From the IMG/VR virus record IMGVR_UViG_2547132077_000009: DNA of 7,714 nucleotides; one strand, given 5' to 3'. Positions 1 to 7,120 of the stretch are shown here, piece by piece (positions within the stretch are counted from its first letter, which is position 1; each line of letters begins with the position of its first letter). The notes under the pieces are model-generated. The model searched no databases and was not told where the DNA came from. It worked only from the letters and a program-made list of their open reading frames with translations. This stretch comes from a virus (taxonomy: Duplodnaviria; Heunggongvirae; Uroviricota; Caudoviricetes). The position numbers and the translations under genes are program-made.

Positions 1-408
1 ATGGCAACTCTTAAATCAATAATGGCAATAACCACCTTAATAATTTCACTCAATGCATACGCAAACACGAATGACATTAAAACTCTTCAAAAACAACTGA
101 AACCATGGCAACCACTAGAAATCACAGCAAAAGATAGCTCTCTTACCGTTGTTCTCCCTGGTAAAAAAATCACATCTGAAGCCTATAATCATTTAATTAT
201 GTCCGGTGTATGCACCCCACTTTGGACACATGACGCTCCTTCTTCATTTTTAAAAAATGTAAGTGAAATCAATATAGTTAACCAATATAAGTCTATTGGA
301 TATACCTTTGAAGACCCATTGACCACATGCAATGAAATCGCTCCTTTAATGGAAAAACCTGCACAAACAGTGGTGTTATCCAAAACTCATACCTACACAG
401 GTAAGTAA
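1..408 (+). CDS. Hypothetical small secreted/periplasmic protein (135 aa) with N-terminal signal peptide; AT-rich; function unknown
   Basis: ORF with ATG at position 1 and TAA at 406-408. N-terminus MATLKSIMAITTLIISLNAYA|NTND has a basic residue, a hydrophobic core and an A-x-A cleavage-type motif, with no lipobox Cys. The mature part has two Cys. GC content is clearly lower than in the adjacent phage genes (19/60 GC in the first 60 nt). Convergent with ogr and followed by the hairpin at 425-448. The window starts at the ATG, so upstream signals are not visible. Confidence 0.55.
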   Translation: MATLKSIMAITTLIISLNAYANTNDIKTLQKQLKPWQPLEITAKDSSLTVVLPGKKITSEAYNHLIMSGVCTPLWTHDAPSSFLKNVSEINIVNQYKSIGYTFEDPLTTCNEIAPLMEKPAQTVVLSKTHTYTGK

Positions 409-424
409 ATAGCTCAAATAAGAT

Positions 425-448
425 AAAGCCCCTCGACTGAGGGGCTTT
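425..448. terminator. Bidirectional rho-independent terminator between the convergent ORF 1-408 and ogr
   Basis: Perfect 10-bp inverted repeat AAAGCCCCTC (425-434) / GAGGGGCTTT (439-448) with loop GACT. It is followed by CTGTTTG on the plus strand and by ATCTTATTTG on the minus strand. It lies 17 nt after the plus-ORF stop and 10 nt after the ogr stop. Confidence 0.6.
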
Positions 449-458
449 CTGTTTGTAA

Positions 459-677
459 TTACATCCACATAATTTGCTGCCCTGACGGCAACGGATGCGG
501 CCTCACGGCGTGGACTTCTCCCGGCTTCACGATGTATCGCTGTACCGACTCATAAGTGATGAACGTGGCGCTGCAATTCACGTTCTGACACTGGTGATAA
601 CGCTCTTTTGTCGTGTCAGTGATATAGCGGCTTGTACGCGCATGTGCGGCATGCTGGCATAAAGGACAATGAAACAT
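459..677 (-). CDS. ogr: Ogr, P2-type late-gene transcription activator (72 aa, Cys4 zinc finger)
   Basis: Translation from the ATG at 677-675 gives MFHCPLCQHAAHARTSRYITDTTKERYHQCQNVNCSATFITYESVQRYIVKPGEVHAVRPHPLPSGQQIMWM, which matches P2 Ogr as I recall it, with the C-x2-C-x22-C-x4-C zinc-binding motif. A GAGG Shine-Dalgarno sits about 8 nt upstream of this ATG. The 97-aa version in the ORF track (start at 752) adds an AT-rich leader that begins immediately after the D stop. Confidence 0.85.
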   Translation of the reverse strand: MFHCPLCQHAAHARTSRYITDTTKERYHQCQNVNCSATFITYESVQRYIVKPGEVHAVRPHPLPSGQQIMWM

Positions 678-711
678 CGCGAGCACCTCTTCCGGTTTTG
701 TTGATGGTGCC

Positions 712-740
712 ATTTTAGTTAATTTATCCTTATAAAACAA
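712..740 (-). promoter_or_regulatory. Candidate sigma70 promoter for ogr in the D-ogr spacer
   Basis: On the minus strand: -35 TTGTTT (740-735), 17-bp spacer, -10 TAAAAT (717-712), about 35 nt upstream of the ogr ATG, in an AT-rich stretch. Sequence-motif inference only. Confidence 0.3.
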
Positions 741-758
741 ACAGATAAACAATAGACA

Positions 759-1922
759 TCACTCATCACCTTCTGTTTCGTACTCCACATCAGAAAGCCT
801 GACCTCAAGCTCTAAGGACGTCGTGAAGCCGCTATTATTCAGAAAATGTGTCACCTTAGTGATTGTCCAGTCCTGCTCGTCTATGACGCGCTTAAAGCCT
901 GACACTTTAACCGGTGTTTCCGTGTAAATATCTGCCCGACCGGTAGCCAGGCTGATGGAGAACTCCGCAACGCCCCGTTGCAGTTTATCCCACTTCGCCT
1001 GAGCGGCGCGCATGGCCTGCGCTTTCGTGGCATATACCGTGGTCAGGGCAAAAACGTTGTCAGCCTCACCGGCCATGTATTCACCTTCACGCGCTTCCGG
1101 TACTTTAGGCGCTTTCTTCTGCCTGACCGGTTTCGCTTTCGGGTGCTCCAGTGCGCGCAGGTGTTTCTCTTTCTTTTTGCGTTTCAGTTTTACCTTCTGC
1201 TTTTGAGGCTTCGGGTCTTTGGTGTGTAACCACTTTGCCGTTACGCCGGTGTAGGCTCCACGGTCAGCAATCGCAAAATGATGGCGGTCGCCGTCGCTGC
1301 GGGTTATGGTGACCTGCGGGATTTTTTTACCGCTGGACGTCACCCCCTGCCCCGCTTTGAGAAACAGCAGTTTTCCCATTTTTACCGACACCTCACCGCC
1401 GTTGCGTTCAGCAAGACGGGTCAGGAATTTCGCATCGGACTCCTGCGACTGGTCGATGTGCGGGATTTTAATTCCGGCCAGTGACGGAGCGACACTGGCT
1501 TCCAGCCTGTTACGGGAGGCTATCGCCTCAACAATCGCACCGAGCGTGGTGTCATGCCAGGAGCCTTCACGGCGGGAATTGAGCGTCCCGCGAAAATCTG
1601 CACTCCGGGCGCGGATGGTAACCACATCCGGCGCGCCCCGGTGTTCAACCTCATCAACGGTAAATTTCCCTTTGCATACCAGGGCAAAACCTTTCCAGCC
1701 GATATACACCGTCAGGACAGCGCCACGAACCGGCAGCCCGACCTGCCCGTCGGCATCGTTCAGTTCAATATCAAGCTGGTCAGCCTCAAAGCCCCGGTTA
1801 TCCGTCAGGGTCATGCTCATCAGACGGTCGCTGATATTGCCGGTAATATCCCTGCTGTCGAGCATCAGCATGTAATCCGGCGTCAGCGTACTGCCTGCAT
1901 CAAATGTCAGCGCATCCAGCAT
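759..1922 (-). CDS. D: gpD, P2-type tail/baseplate hub protein (Phage late control D family, VgrG/gp27-like), 387 aa
   Basis: Last gene of the tail operon, same length as P2 gpD, sitting at the conserved position after U and before ogr. Its start ATG (1922-1920) overlaps the U stop as TAATG. It contains a lysine-rich low-complexity segment at residues ~235-279. Confidence 0.85.
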   Translation of the reverse strand: MLDALTFDAGSTLTPDYMLMLDSRDITGNISDRLMSMTLTDNRGFEADQLDIELNDADGQVGLPVRGAVLTVYIGWKGFALVCKGKFTVDEVEHRGAPDVVTIRARSADFRGTLNSRREGSWHDTTLGAIVEAIASRNRLEASVAPSLAGIKIPHIDQSQESDAKFLTRLAERNGGEVSVKMGKLLFLKAGQGVTSSGKKIPQVTITRSDGDRHHFAIADRGAYTGVTAKWLHTKDPKPQKQKVKLKRKKKEKHLRALEHPKAKPVRQKKAPKVPEAREGEYMAGEADNVFALTTVYATKAQAMRAAQAKWDKLQRGVAEFSISLATGRADIYTETPVKVSGFKRVIDEQDWTITKVTHFLNNSGFTTSLELEVRLSDVEYETEGDE

Positions 1923-2401
1923 TATCCCGCCCCCGTCATACCTGTGAATCTGGTCGCCATACTGCCGGCCTTACCGATGAGCGATTCCGCCTGTTTACCG
2001 ATATCGCCATAAAGCGCGGCCAGTGATTCATCAACGCGGGTGAGTGACAGCGTAAAATCAATTTTCCGGGGTGTGCCGTCTGCAAAGAAAATACTCCCTG
2101 TTTCACTCACCCTGCTGATGACATACATGCCGTAAATCATGCCGGTGCCATCCAGCAACGGCCACGCCCGCCCCTCCTCTGCCATCAGCCTGAGCGTGGT
2201 CATCGTCAGCTTGCCGCCGGTCAGTTCGGGATAAAGCACACCGGCCAGCGTGATGTTTTCCTCACCCACACCGAGAAACTGAAAAGCGTCCCGTTTACCG
2301 ATACGGGAATTTGACGGCCAGCGATAATCTGATTCACGCTGCATGGTCTGGTGTGGCAGCGTCTGGCGCATAAAAACAAACATACCTAACGCGAGCATCA
2401 T
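1922..2401 (-). CDS. U: gpU, P2-type tail protein (159 aa)
   Basis: 159-aa ORF between T and D, same length and position as P2 gpU. Strong Shine-Dalgarno AAGGAGG upstream of the ATG (2401-2399). The stop TAA (1924-1922) overlaps the D start. Confidence 0.85.
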   Translation of the reverse strand: MMLALGMFVFMRQTLPHQTMQRESDYRWPSNSRIGKRDAFQFLGVGEENITLAGVLYPELTGGKLTMTTLRLMAEEGRAWPLLDGTGMIYGMYVISRVSETGSIFFADGTPRKIDFTLSLTRVDESLAALYGDIGKQAESLIGKAGSMATRFTGMTGAG

Positions 2402-2415
2402 TTTTCGTCACCTCC

Positions 2416-4863
2416 TTAACCGTCATGCATCATGCTGGCACGAGCGCGCGCACGTTTATCCCGCTCGTATTTTTCGAGCGCATCCTGTAACTGGCGGTCA
2501 AGCTGTGTCCCCGGCGCAGTGCCACCCGTCAGGCTGATGTGATATTCGTTTTTACTCTGGTCCACATAAGAGCGGCCAGCCGGTGCCGTGACCGGCTGAT
2601 AAGCCTGATAGCCTGCATAAGAGCTGGTCGCCGGAATATAACCACCGCTGCCATACGTGGCGGCTTGAGTTCTGGCGGCGGTCTGGTCAAGTGTGTCTGA
2701 CTCTTTGTTGATAACACCGAGTTTTTCCAGTACCCAGTCAATACCACTGCGCAGTTTGTTGAACGCATTAAGCGGCAGCATCAGCGCGTCAGCCAGTGCC
2801 TGCCCGAACATGACGCCCGTGTCACGGCAACGGTTCAGGGTGTCCTGGGTGGCTTTGACCGGGGCAATCAGGTTTTTAAACCACTGCCACGCGGCCTGTA
2901 ACTTTTCACCCAGCCAGTCAAACACCGGTTTCAGTGGCGTGAACAGCTCCCCCACCGGCGCAAATGCCGCTTTCAGCCCTTCCACCACACCGCCAAAAAA
3001 TGCGCTGACAGGCTCCCAGTATTTACGGATAAGCAACGCCCCGGCGACAATTGCGGCCACCACGGCCACAACCGGCCAGCTAATAGCCCCGATGGCGGTC
3101 ATAACAGCACTGCCAACCGTCGTGAAGACTGCCCCCATTGCGCCTGCTGCCGCGATGATGGCATTGATGCCGGTGATAACCGGCCAGGCGACAAGACCAA
3201 TGGCACCGATGATGCCAATAAGCGCCAGTGCGCCACCGACAATGAGGCCGATGGTTGACGCCAGTGATTTGTTTTTCTTGATCCAGCCGTCGAGTTTTAA
3301 CACATACTTTGTGGCCGTCTGCGTGAGATTACGCAGCGCGCCTTCCTGCTGGTCAAACAGGTCAGTCCCCACCGCCTCATAAGCGGACTGAAACTCCTTA
3401 AAGTCACCGCCGAGGTTGTCCTGCATGATATTTACCAGCTCGGCAGTCTTCCCGTTTGAGGCTTTAAACGCAGCGGTCAGTTTGTCCAGCTTTCCGGTTG
3501 AGGCGGCGGTCATCAGCACGGCGGCGGCTGAGCTGGCCTCCTCCCCGAAAATAGTTTTCATGTATTCAGCCTGCTGGGCAGTACCGAGCCGGTTTTTCTC
3601 AAAACTGGCCTGCATTTCTTTCAGAATGGTAAATATTGGCCGGGTATTTCCCTTGCTGTCTGAGGTTTTCACGCCAAGCTCTTTGAGTGCATCCCATGCT
3701 TTTCCCGTTGGTGCCTGCAGGCGACTTAACACGGCACGGCTTCCCGTCCCCGCCATTGAGCCTGTAATTTTTGCATCATGCAGCGCCCCGACCATTGCGG
3801 CGGTTTCTTCAATGCTGACACCGGCATTTTTTGCCACAGGTGCGGCATAGGTCAGCGCATCGCTCATGCCGTCAAAATCGGCGGCGGTTTTGTTCATCGT
3901 CATGGAGAGAACATCCCCGATATGAGCGACCTTATCGTTTGAAAGCTGAAAGGCGGATTTCATCCCCATCAGCAGGGCAGCGTTTTCTTCCATCGTGCGA
4001 CGGTTCGCCAGCGCCATATTCAGCGTGACCGGCGTTGCCGCCTGAATGGCATCAACATCCCCACCGGCTTTCGCAATAATAATCTGCGCACCGGCTGCAT
4101 CATCTGCCGAGGCGGCGGTATTGTCGCCGAGCTGGCGCGCCTGTTTGCGTAGTGCAGCCATTTCGGCGGAGTCTTTTGCCACTCCGAGCACGGCCTGCAA
4201 TTCTGAGTTTTTCTGCGCAAACTCATAACCGGGCATCAGCAGCTTAACTCCGGCCATCGTTCCCGCAGCAGCAATCCCCACACCGGCAGCACCCACTGAG
4301 GCCATATTTCCGGCCAGTTCCTTGCCTGCCTGATAACGCTGTTTGACTGCGTTAAGTTTTGCCTGTTGTGCACTGACACGCGCCAGCGCGTCACGCTGTC
4401 GGTTAAGCTGTGCGGTGGTTTCACTGATACGGTTTTTCAGTCCCTGCTCATCATGTGCAAGATTGCGGGTATTAATTCCCACAGCGGCCAGTTCCCGCTG
4501 CTGGCGTTTAACGGAATCCGTCAGGCGGTTATATTTCGCCTGTAAGTCCTCCGCCGCACGCTTTGCGGATTCCAGCACTTTCGCCTGAGCACGGGTCGGA
4601 CGTTCGGTGTTTTTAAACTGTGTGGCAAGGGCTTCGGCCTCCTGCCGAGCCTTTTCAAGTGCATGACCAGTCACGGCGAGCTGTGCACTGGTCTTGCGAA
4701 ATCCCTCAATACGGGATGCCTGACCGTTCAGCTCGCGCAGTGATTTTTGTGTTTCCCGGATATCCCCCGACAGCGACTTGCTCGCTGTGCGGATGGATTT
4801 AAACGGGCGGGATGCCTGGTCAACAGCCCTGAGCAATACCTGTAATTTTACATTGTTACTCAT
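2416..4863 (-). CDS. T: gpT, tail tape measure protein (815 aa)
   Basis: Largest ORF in the operon, same length as P2 gpT. The N-terminal part is Q/R/A-rich with a coiled-coil-like character. An Ala/Gly/Ile-rich hydrophobic block of ~80 residues (residues ~533-612, nt ~3028-3267) is typical of tape measure proteins. The start ATG (4863-4861) overlaps the E+E' stop. Confidence 0.9.
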   Translation of the reverse strand: MSNNVKLQVLLRAVDQASRPFKSIRTASKSLSGDIRETQKSLRELNGQASRIEGFRKTSAQLAVTGHALEKARQEAEALATQFKNTERPTRAQAKVLESAKRAAEDLQAKYNRLTDSVKRQQRELAAVGINTRNLAHDEQGLKNRISETTAQLNRQRDALARVSAQQAKLNAVKQRYQAGKELAGNMASVGAAGVGIAAAGTMAGVKLLMPGYEFAQKNSELQAVLGVAKDSAEMAALRKQARQLGDNTAASADDAAGAQIIIAKAGGDVDAIQAATPVTLNMALANRRTMEENAALLMGMKSAFQLSNDKVAHIGDVLSMTMNKTAADFDGMSDALTYAAPVAKNAGVSIEETAAMVGALHDAKITGSMAGTGSRAVLSRLQAPTGKAWDALKELGVKTSDSKGNTRPIFTILKEMQASFEKNRLGTAQQAEYMKTIFGEEASSAAAVLMTAASTGKLDKLTAAFKASNGKTAELVNIMQDNLGGDFKEFQSAYEAVGTDLFDQQEGALRNLTQTATKYVLKLDGWIKKNKSLASTIGLIVGGALALIGIIGAIGLVAWPVITGINAIIAAAGAMGAVFTTVGSAVMTAIGAISWPVVAVVAAIVAGALLIRKYWEPVSAFFGGVVEGLKAAFAPVGELFTPLKPVFDWLGEKLQAAWQWFKNLIAPVKATQDTLNRCRDTGVMFGQALADALMLPLNAFNKLRSGIDWVLEKLGVINKESDTLDQTAARTQAATYGSGGYIPATSSYAGYQAYQPVTAPAGRSYVDQSKNEYHISLTGGTAPGTQLDRQLQDALEKYERDKRARARASMMHDG

Positions 4864-5283
4864 TCGTGTTTCCGCTTCGCCGGAGCGCCTTTTCGCGCCA
4901 TGTGATGAGTTCGGTCAGGCTCATGGGATACAGTTCTGATGGCGGCCAGTGAAATATCACTGCCACATCCGCCATCAGGTCATCGACCGACAGATTTTTC
5001 GGAAACGTCACTGCACCGAGTTCGGCGACAAAAAACCGACCACCTTACCAGCCAGCGCCACAAGGTCAGGCAGTTCCAGTGCGGCGACTTCCTGCTCGGT
5101 CAGCATCGGTGCCGTCATGCGCGGCAACACCTTAATCAGTGCATCAACTTCGGAGTTTGCGACCGCTGCCAGACTGACACCGCGCAGCGTCCCGGCATTG
5201 GGTTTCATCAGCGTGACCTGTTCGATGACCTGCTCACCACGCTTGACCGGATTGTCCAGGGTAATGACATTTTCTTTGTTCAT
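4856..5283 (-). CDS. E+E': gpE+E', tail assembly chaperone made by programmed -1 frameshift (about 142 aa)
   Basis: The slippery heptamer T TTT TTG (5035-5029, minus strand) lies near the 3' end of E. In the -1 frame an open extension (VAELGAVTFPKNLSVDDLMADVAVIFHWPPSELYPMSLTELITWREKALRRSGNTNE) runs to TAA at 4858-4856, which overlaps the T start as ATGAGTAA. The 142-aa total agrees with P2 E+E' as I recall it. This is analogous to lambda G/GT. Confidence 0.7.
5008..5283 (-). CDS. E: gpE, tail assembly chaperone (91 aa)
   Basis: 91-aa ORF between the tube gene and the tape measure gene, matching the P2 E length. It ends ...GFLSPNSVQ with TGA at 5010-5008. The slippery site sits six codons before the stop. 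Confidence 0.85.
   Translation of the reverse strand: MNKENVITLDNPVKRGEQVIEQVTLMKPNAGTLRGVSLAAVANSEVDALIKVLPRMTAPMLTEQEVAALELPDLVALAGKVVGFLSPNSVQ
5029..5035 (-). other. -1 ribosomal frameshift slippery heptamer TTTTTTG (E to E')
   Basis: Plus strand reads c-aaaaaa at 5029-5035, which is TTTTTTG on the minus strand, phased as T TTT TTG in the E reading frame. This is the heptamer I recall being reported for P2 E/E'. Confidence 0.7.
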
Positions 5284-5311
5284 GGTTTTCTCACTTCTGA
5301 ATCGGGGTTAA

Positions 5312-5332
5312 CCGGTCAGCCTGGCTGACCGG
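5312..5332 (-). other. Perfect stem-loop in the FII-E intergenic spacer
   Basis: CCGGTCAGC (5312-5320), loop CTG, GCTGACCGG (5324-5332): a perfect 9-bp stem. It lies 7 nt downstream of the FII stop on the minus strand. It is not followed by a U-tract on the transcribed strand, so it is not a canonical intrinsic terminator. Confidence 0.4.
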
Positions 5333-5339
5333 ATGAAAA

Positions 5340-5858
5340 TCACAGGCCGATATTGCGGCGGTGTTGCTCCAGTCGGTCGACGCCGTTCACCTTCTCAATC
5401 ATGTTGATGGTGTCGATTTCGACCAGCTCCTTACCGTCCATCGTCAGCCGGAAATAGGTGCAGACCACGGAGATTTTCGACTCGGTGTCTTCTCCCTGTT
5501 TGCCCTCACCGGTGTCGATTTCTTTCTGACGGCCACGCATGACCACTTCGACGGCCACCGTTTCGCCGGTATCGTCGCGCTGGTAAGAGCCTGCAAAACG
5601 AATCGGTACGGCATCCACGCCGGTTGCGGCGTAAAGCTCCCAGATAACCGAATCCGGGAAGCCCCCAAGCGACCACTCCATTGACAGCGCATCGTCATCA
5701 AGGCCGAGGTCTACCGGTGCGCTTCCGTTCATCCCCGCACCGCGATAGTTTTCGAGTTTACGGGTCAGTTTTGGCAGCGTGACGGACTTTGCAACGCCCT
5801 GATAGCTGTAGCCGTTCAGAAAGACGTTCATTAACTTGAGTTTGCGCGGCATTGCCAT
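5340..5858 (-). CDS. FII: gpFII, tail tube protein (172 aa)
   Basis: 172-aa ORF immediately downstream of the sheath gene, with a 12-nt spacer and Shine-Dalgarno AAGGAG. Same length and position as P2 FII. Confidence 0.9.
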   Translation of the reverse strand: MAMPRKLKLMNVFLNGYSYQGVAKSVTLPKLTRKLENYRGAGMNGSAPVDLGLDDDALSMEWSLGGFPDSVIWELYAATGVDAVPIRFAGSYQRDDTGETVAVEVVMRGRQKEIDTGEGKQGEDTESKISVVCTYFRLTMDGKELVEIDTINMIEKVNGVDRLEQHRRNIGL

Positions 5859-5870
5859 CGGTCAGGCTCC

Positions 5871-7061
5871 TTAATTGCTGTTAACCGAGGTGACCAGATT
5901 TGCCAGGTATTTATCGGTAATACGCTGGCGCAGGGTCAGGTTTTCAAGAGGAGGAACCGGGGTATAGTCGTAGTCGATATACAGTTTTCCGGCCTTGAGG
6001 GTTTCCGCATCGTTGGATTCTTCGCTGAACCAGCAGGTCGCATCCACGATATAGCCGTTTGTTTTCAGCTCACGGAATTTGGCATTGATGCCGTCAACGA
6101 TGTCGCGAATCAGCGTTGCGGTGATGGGCTTGTCCACCGCCCACATGTGCGCCTCAGCCATCGTGTCGGCCAGCACCTGCGCGGTGCGGGTGTAGTTTTC
6201 AAAGAGGAACAGCGGGTCATCGGAGCAGGTACGGTTACCCCAGAAGCGGAAGCCGTCGCGGCGAATCAGCGTTGTGACGCCTGACTCGTTAAGCAGGTCA
6301 GCATCGGTGCCGGACTCCTGCAAATCCCAGAATACAGATGCGCTGATGCCGGTAACACCGTTCACCCCGACATTGGACAGCGTTTTATGCCAGCCCTGCT
6401 CCTGGTCGATTTTAGCGCGCAGACCCAGCGCACGAGCGGTGGCATACGCGGTGGTGGTGGTACTGGTGACCGTATCCCATGCGAGGAAATCCGGCCAGAT
6501 GACCATCAGCTCACGCTGGCTGAAATTCTGGCGGTAGGCTTTCACCTCAGAAATGGTTTTACAGCCCCATGCGCTGATATACCCGAAAGCGCGCAGCTTC
6601 TGACAGACTGATGCCATTGCAACAGCCACCTCTTTGGTGTCCAGTCCCGGCACACCGAGAATACGCGGTTTAACACCGGTTACCGACTCCGCCGCCAGCA
6701 GGGCTTTTAGTCCGGTGTACTGACCGTTTTCGTCGGTGGTGCCGATGATATTGGAAACGGTCTGCGCGAGTTTCGTTTCCTCGTCATCACCGGTGCCGTC
6801 TTCCACGCGCACGACAACGGTGACCGGTTTTGACTGGTCAGCGATGGCCTGCAACGATGCCGCCAGCGTGCCTTTTTTACCGGCCTTTGCAATTGCGCTC
6901 TGCACATTGGTAATCAGCACAGGTTTATTGAGGGGGAAGGTTTCCGCATCCGCATCGCTGGCCGTGCAGACCATGCCGACAATGGCAGTGGATACGGTGG
7001 AAATGACGCGGGTGCCGTCGTTAATCTCCAGCACCTGCACGCCGTGATGATAGTCACTCAT
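5871..7061 (-). CDS. FI: gpFI, contractile tail sheath protein (396 aa)
   Basis: 396-aa ORF, first gene of the FI-FII-E-T-U-D block, same length as P2 FI. Shine-Dalgarno GGAG about 8 nt upstream of the ATG (7061-7059). Confidence 0.9.
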   Translation of the reverse strand: MSDYHHGVQVLEINDGTRVISTVSTAIVGMVCTASDADAETFPLNKPVLITNVQSAIAKAGKKGTLAASLQAIADQSKPVTVVVRVEDGTGDDEETKLAQTVSNIIGTTDENGQYTGLKALLAAESVTGVKPRILGVPGLDTKEVAVAMASVCQKLRAFGYISAWGCKTISEVKAYRQNFSQRELMVIWPDFLAWDTVTSTTTTAYATARALGLRAKIDQEQGWHKTLSNVGVNGVTGISASVFWDLQESGTDADLLNESGVTTLIRRDGFRFWGNRTCSDDPLFLFENYTRTAQVLADTMAEAHMWAVDKPITATLIRDIVDGINAKFRELKTNGYIVDATCWFSEESNDAETLKAGKLYIDYDYTPVPPLENLTLRQRITDKYLANLVTSVNSN

Positions 7062-7120
7062 CCGTTTAACTCCGTGGTTAATGGGTGAGTGATATTTTCA
7101 GTTGTGCCGGAGATGTCAGG

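Noticed and set aside
189-383. Minus-strand 64-aa ORF inside the AT-rich ORF
   Set aside because: It is fully nested in the longer plus-strand ORF, which has a convincing signal peptide and terminator. Short ORFs arise readily in AT-rich sequence.
677-752. N-terminal extension of the ogr ORF (97-aa version starting at 752)
   Set aside because: The canonical Ogr N-terminus and a GAGG Shine-Dalgarno sit at the internal ATG (677). The extension is AT-rich, starts directly after the gpD stop and looks like leader and promoter sequence.
978-2012. Plus-strand ORFs antisense to gpD and gpU (978-1229, 1012-1206, 1278-1484, 1306-1875, 1554-2012)
   Set aside because: They lie entirely inside well-supported minus-strand tail genes, have no ribosome-binding sites, and their products are Arg/Ser/Pro-rich low-complexity, which is typical of antisense frames in GC-rich coding DNA.
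2343-4802. Plus-strand ORFs antisense to the tape measure gene (including 2693-3382 at 229 aa and 3416-3850 at 144 aa) and small minus-strand alternative-frame ORFs (2529-2768, 4020-4226, 4236-4424)
   Set aside because: They are nested within the 815-aa gpT gene. The long ones mirror the Ala/Gly-rich hydrophobic block, and none has independent start signals.
4939-5328. Plus-strand ORFs 4939-5328 and 4949-5311 opposite E and E'
   Set aside because: They are antisense to the E/E' chaperone region, whose frameshift architecture fully accounts for the coding capacity here.
5361-7047. Alternative-frame and antisense ORFs inside FII and FI (5361-5684, 5444-5701, 6274-6537, 6387-6611, 6707-6907, 6736-7047)
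   Set aside because: They are contained within the sheath and tube genes, which have strong Shine-Dalgarno sequences and expected lengths. There is no supporting signal for the nested ORFs.
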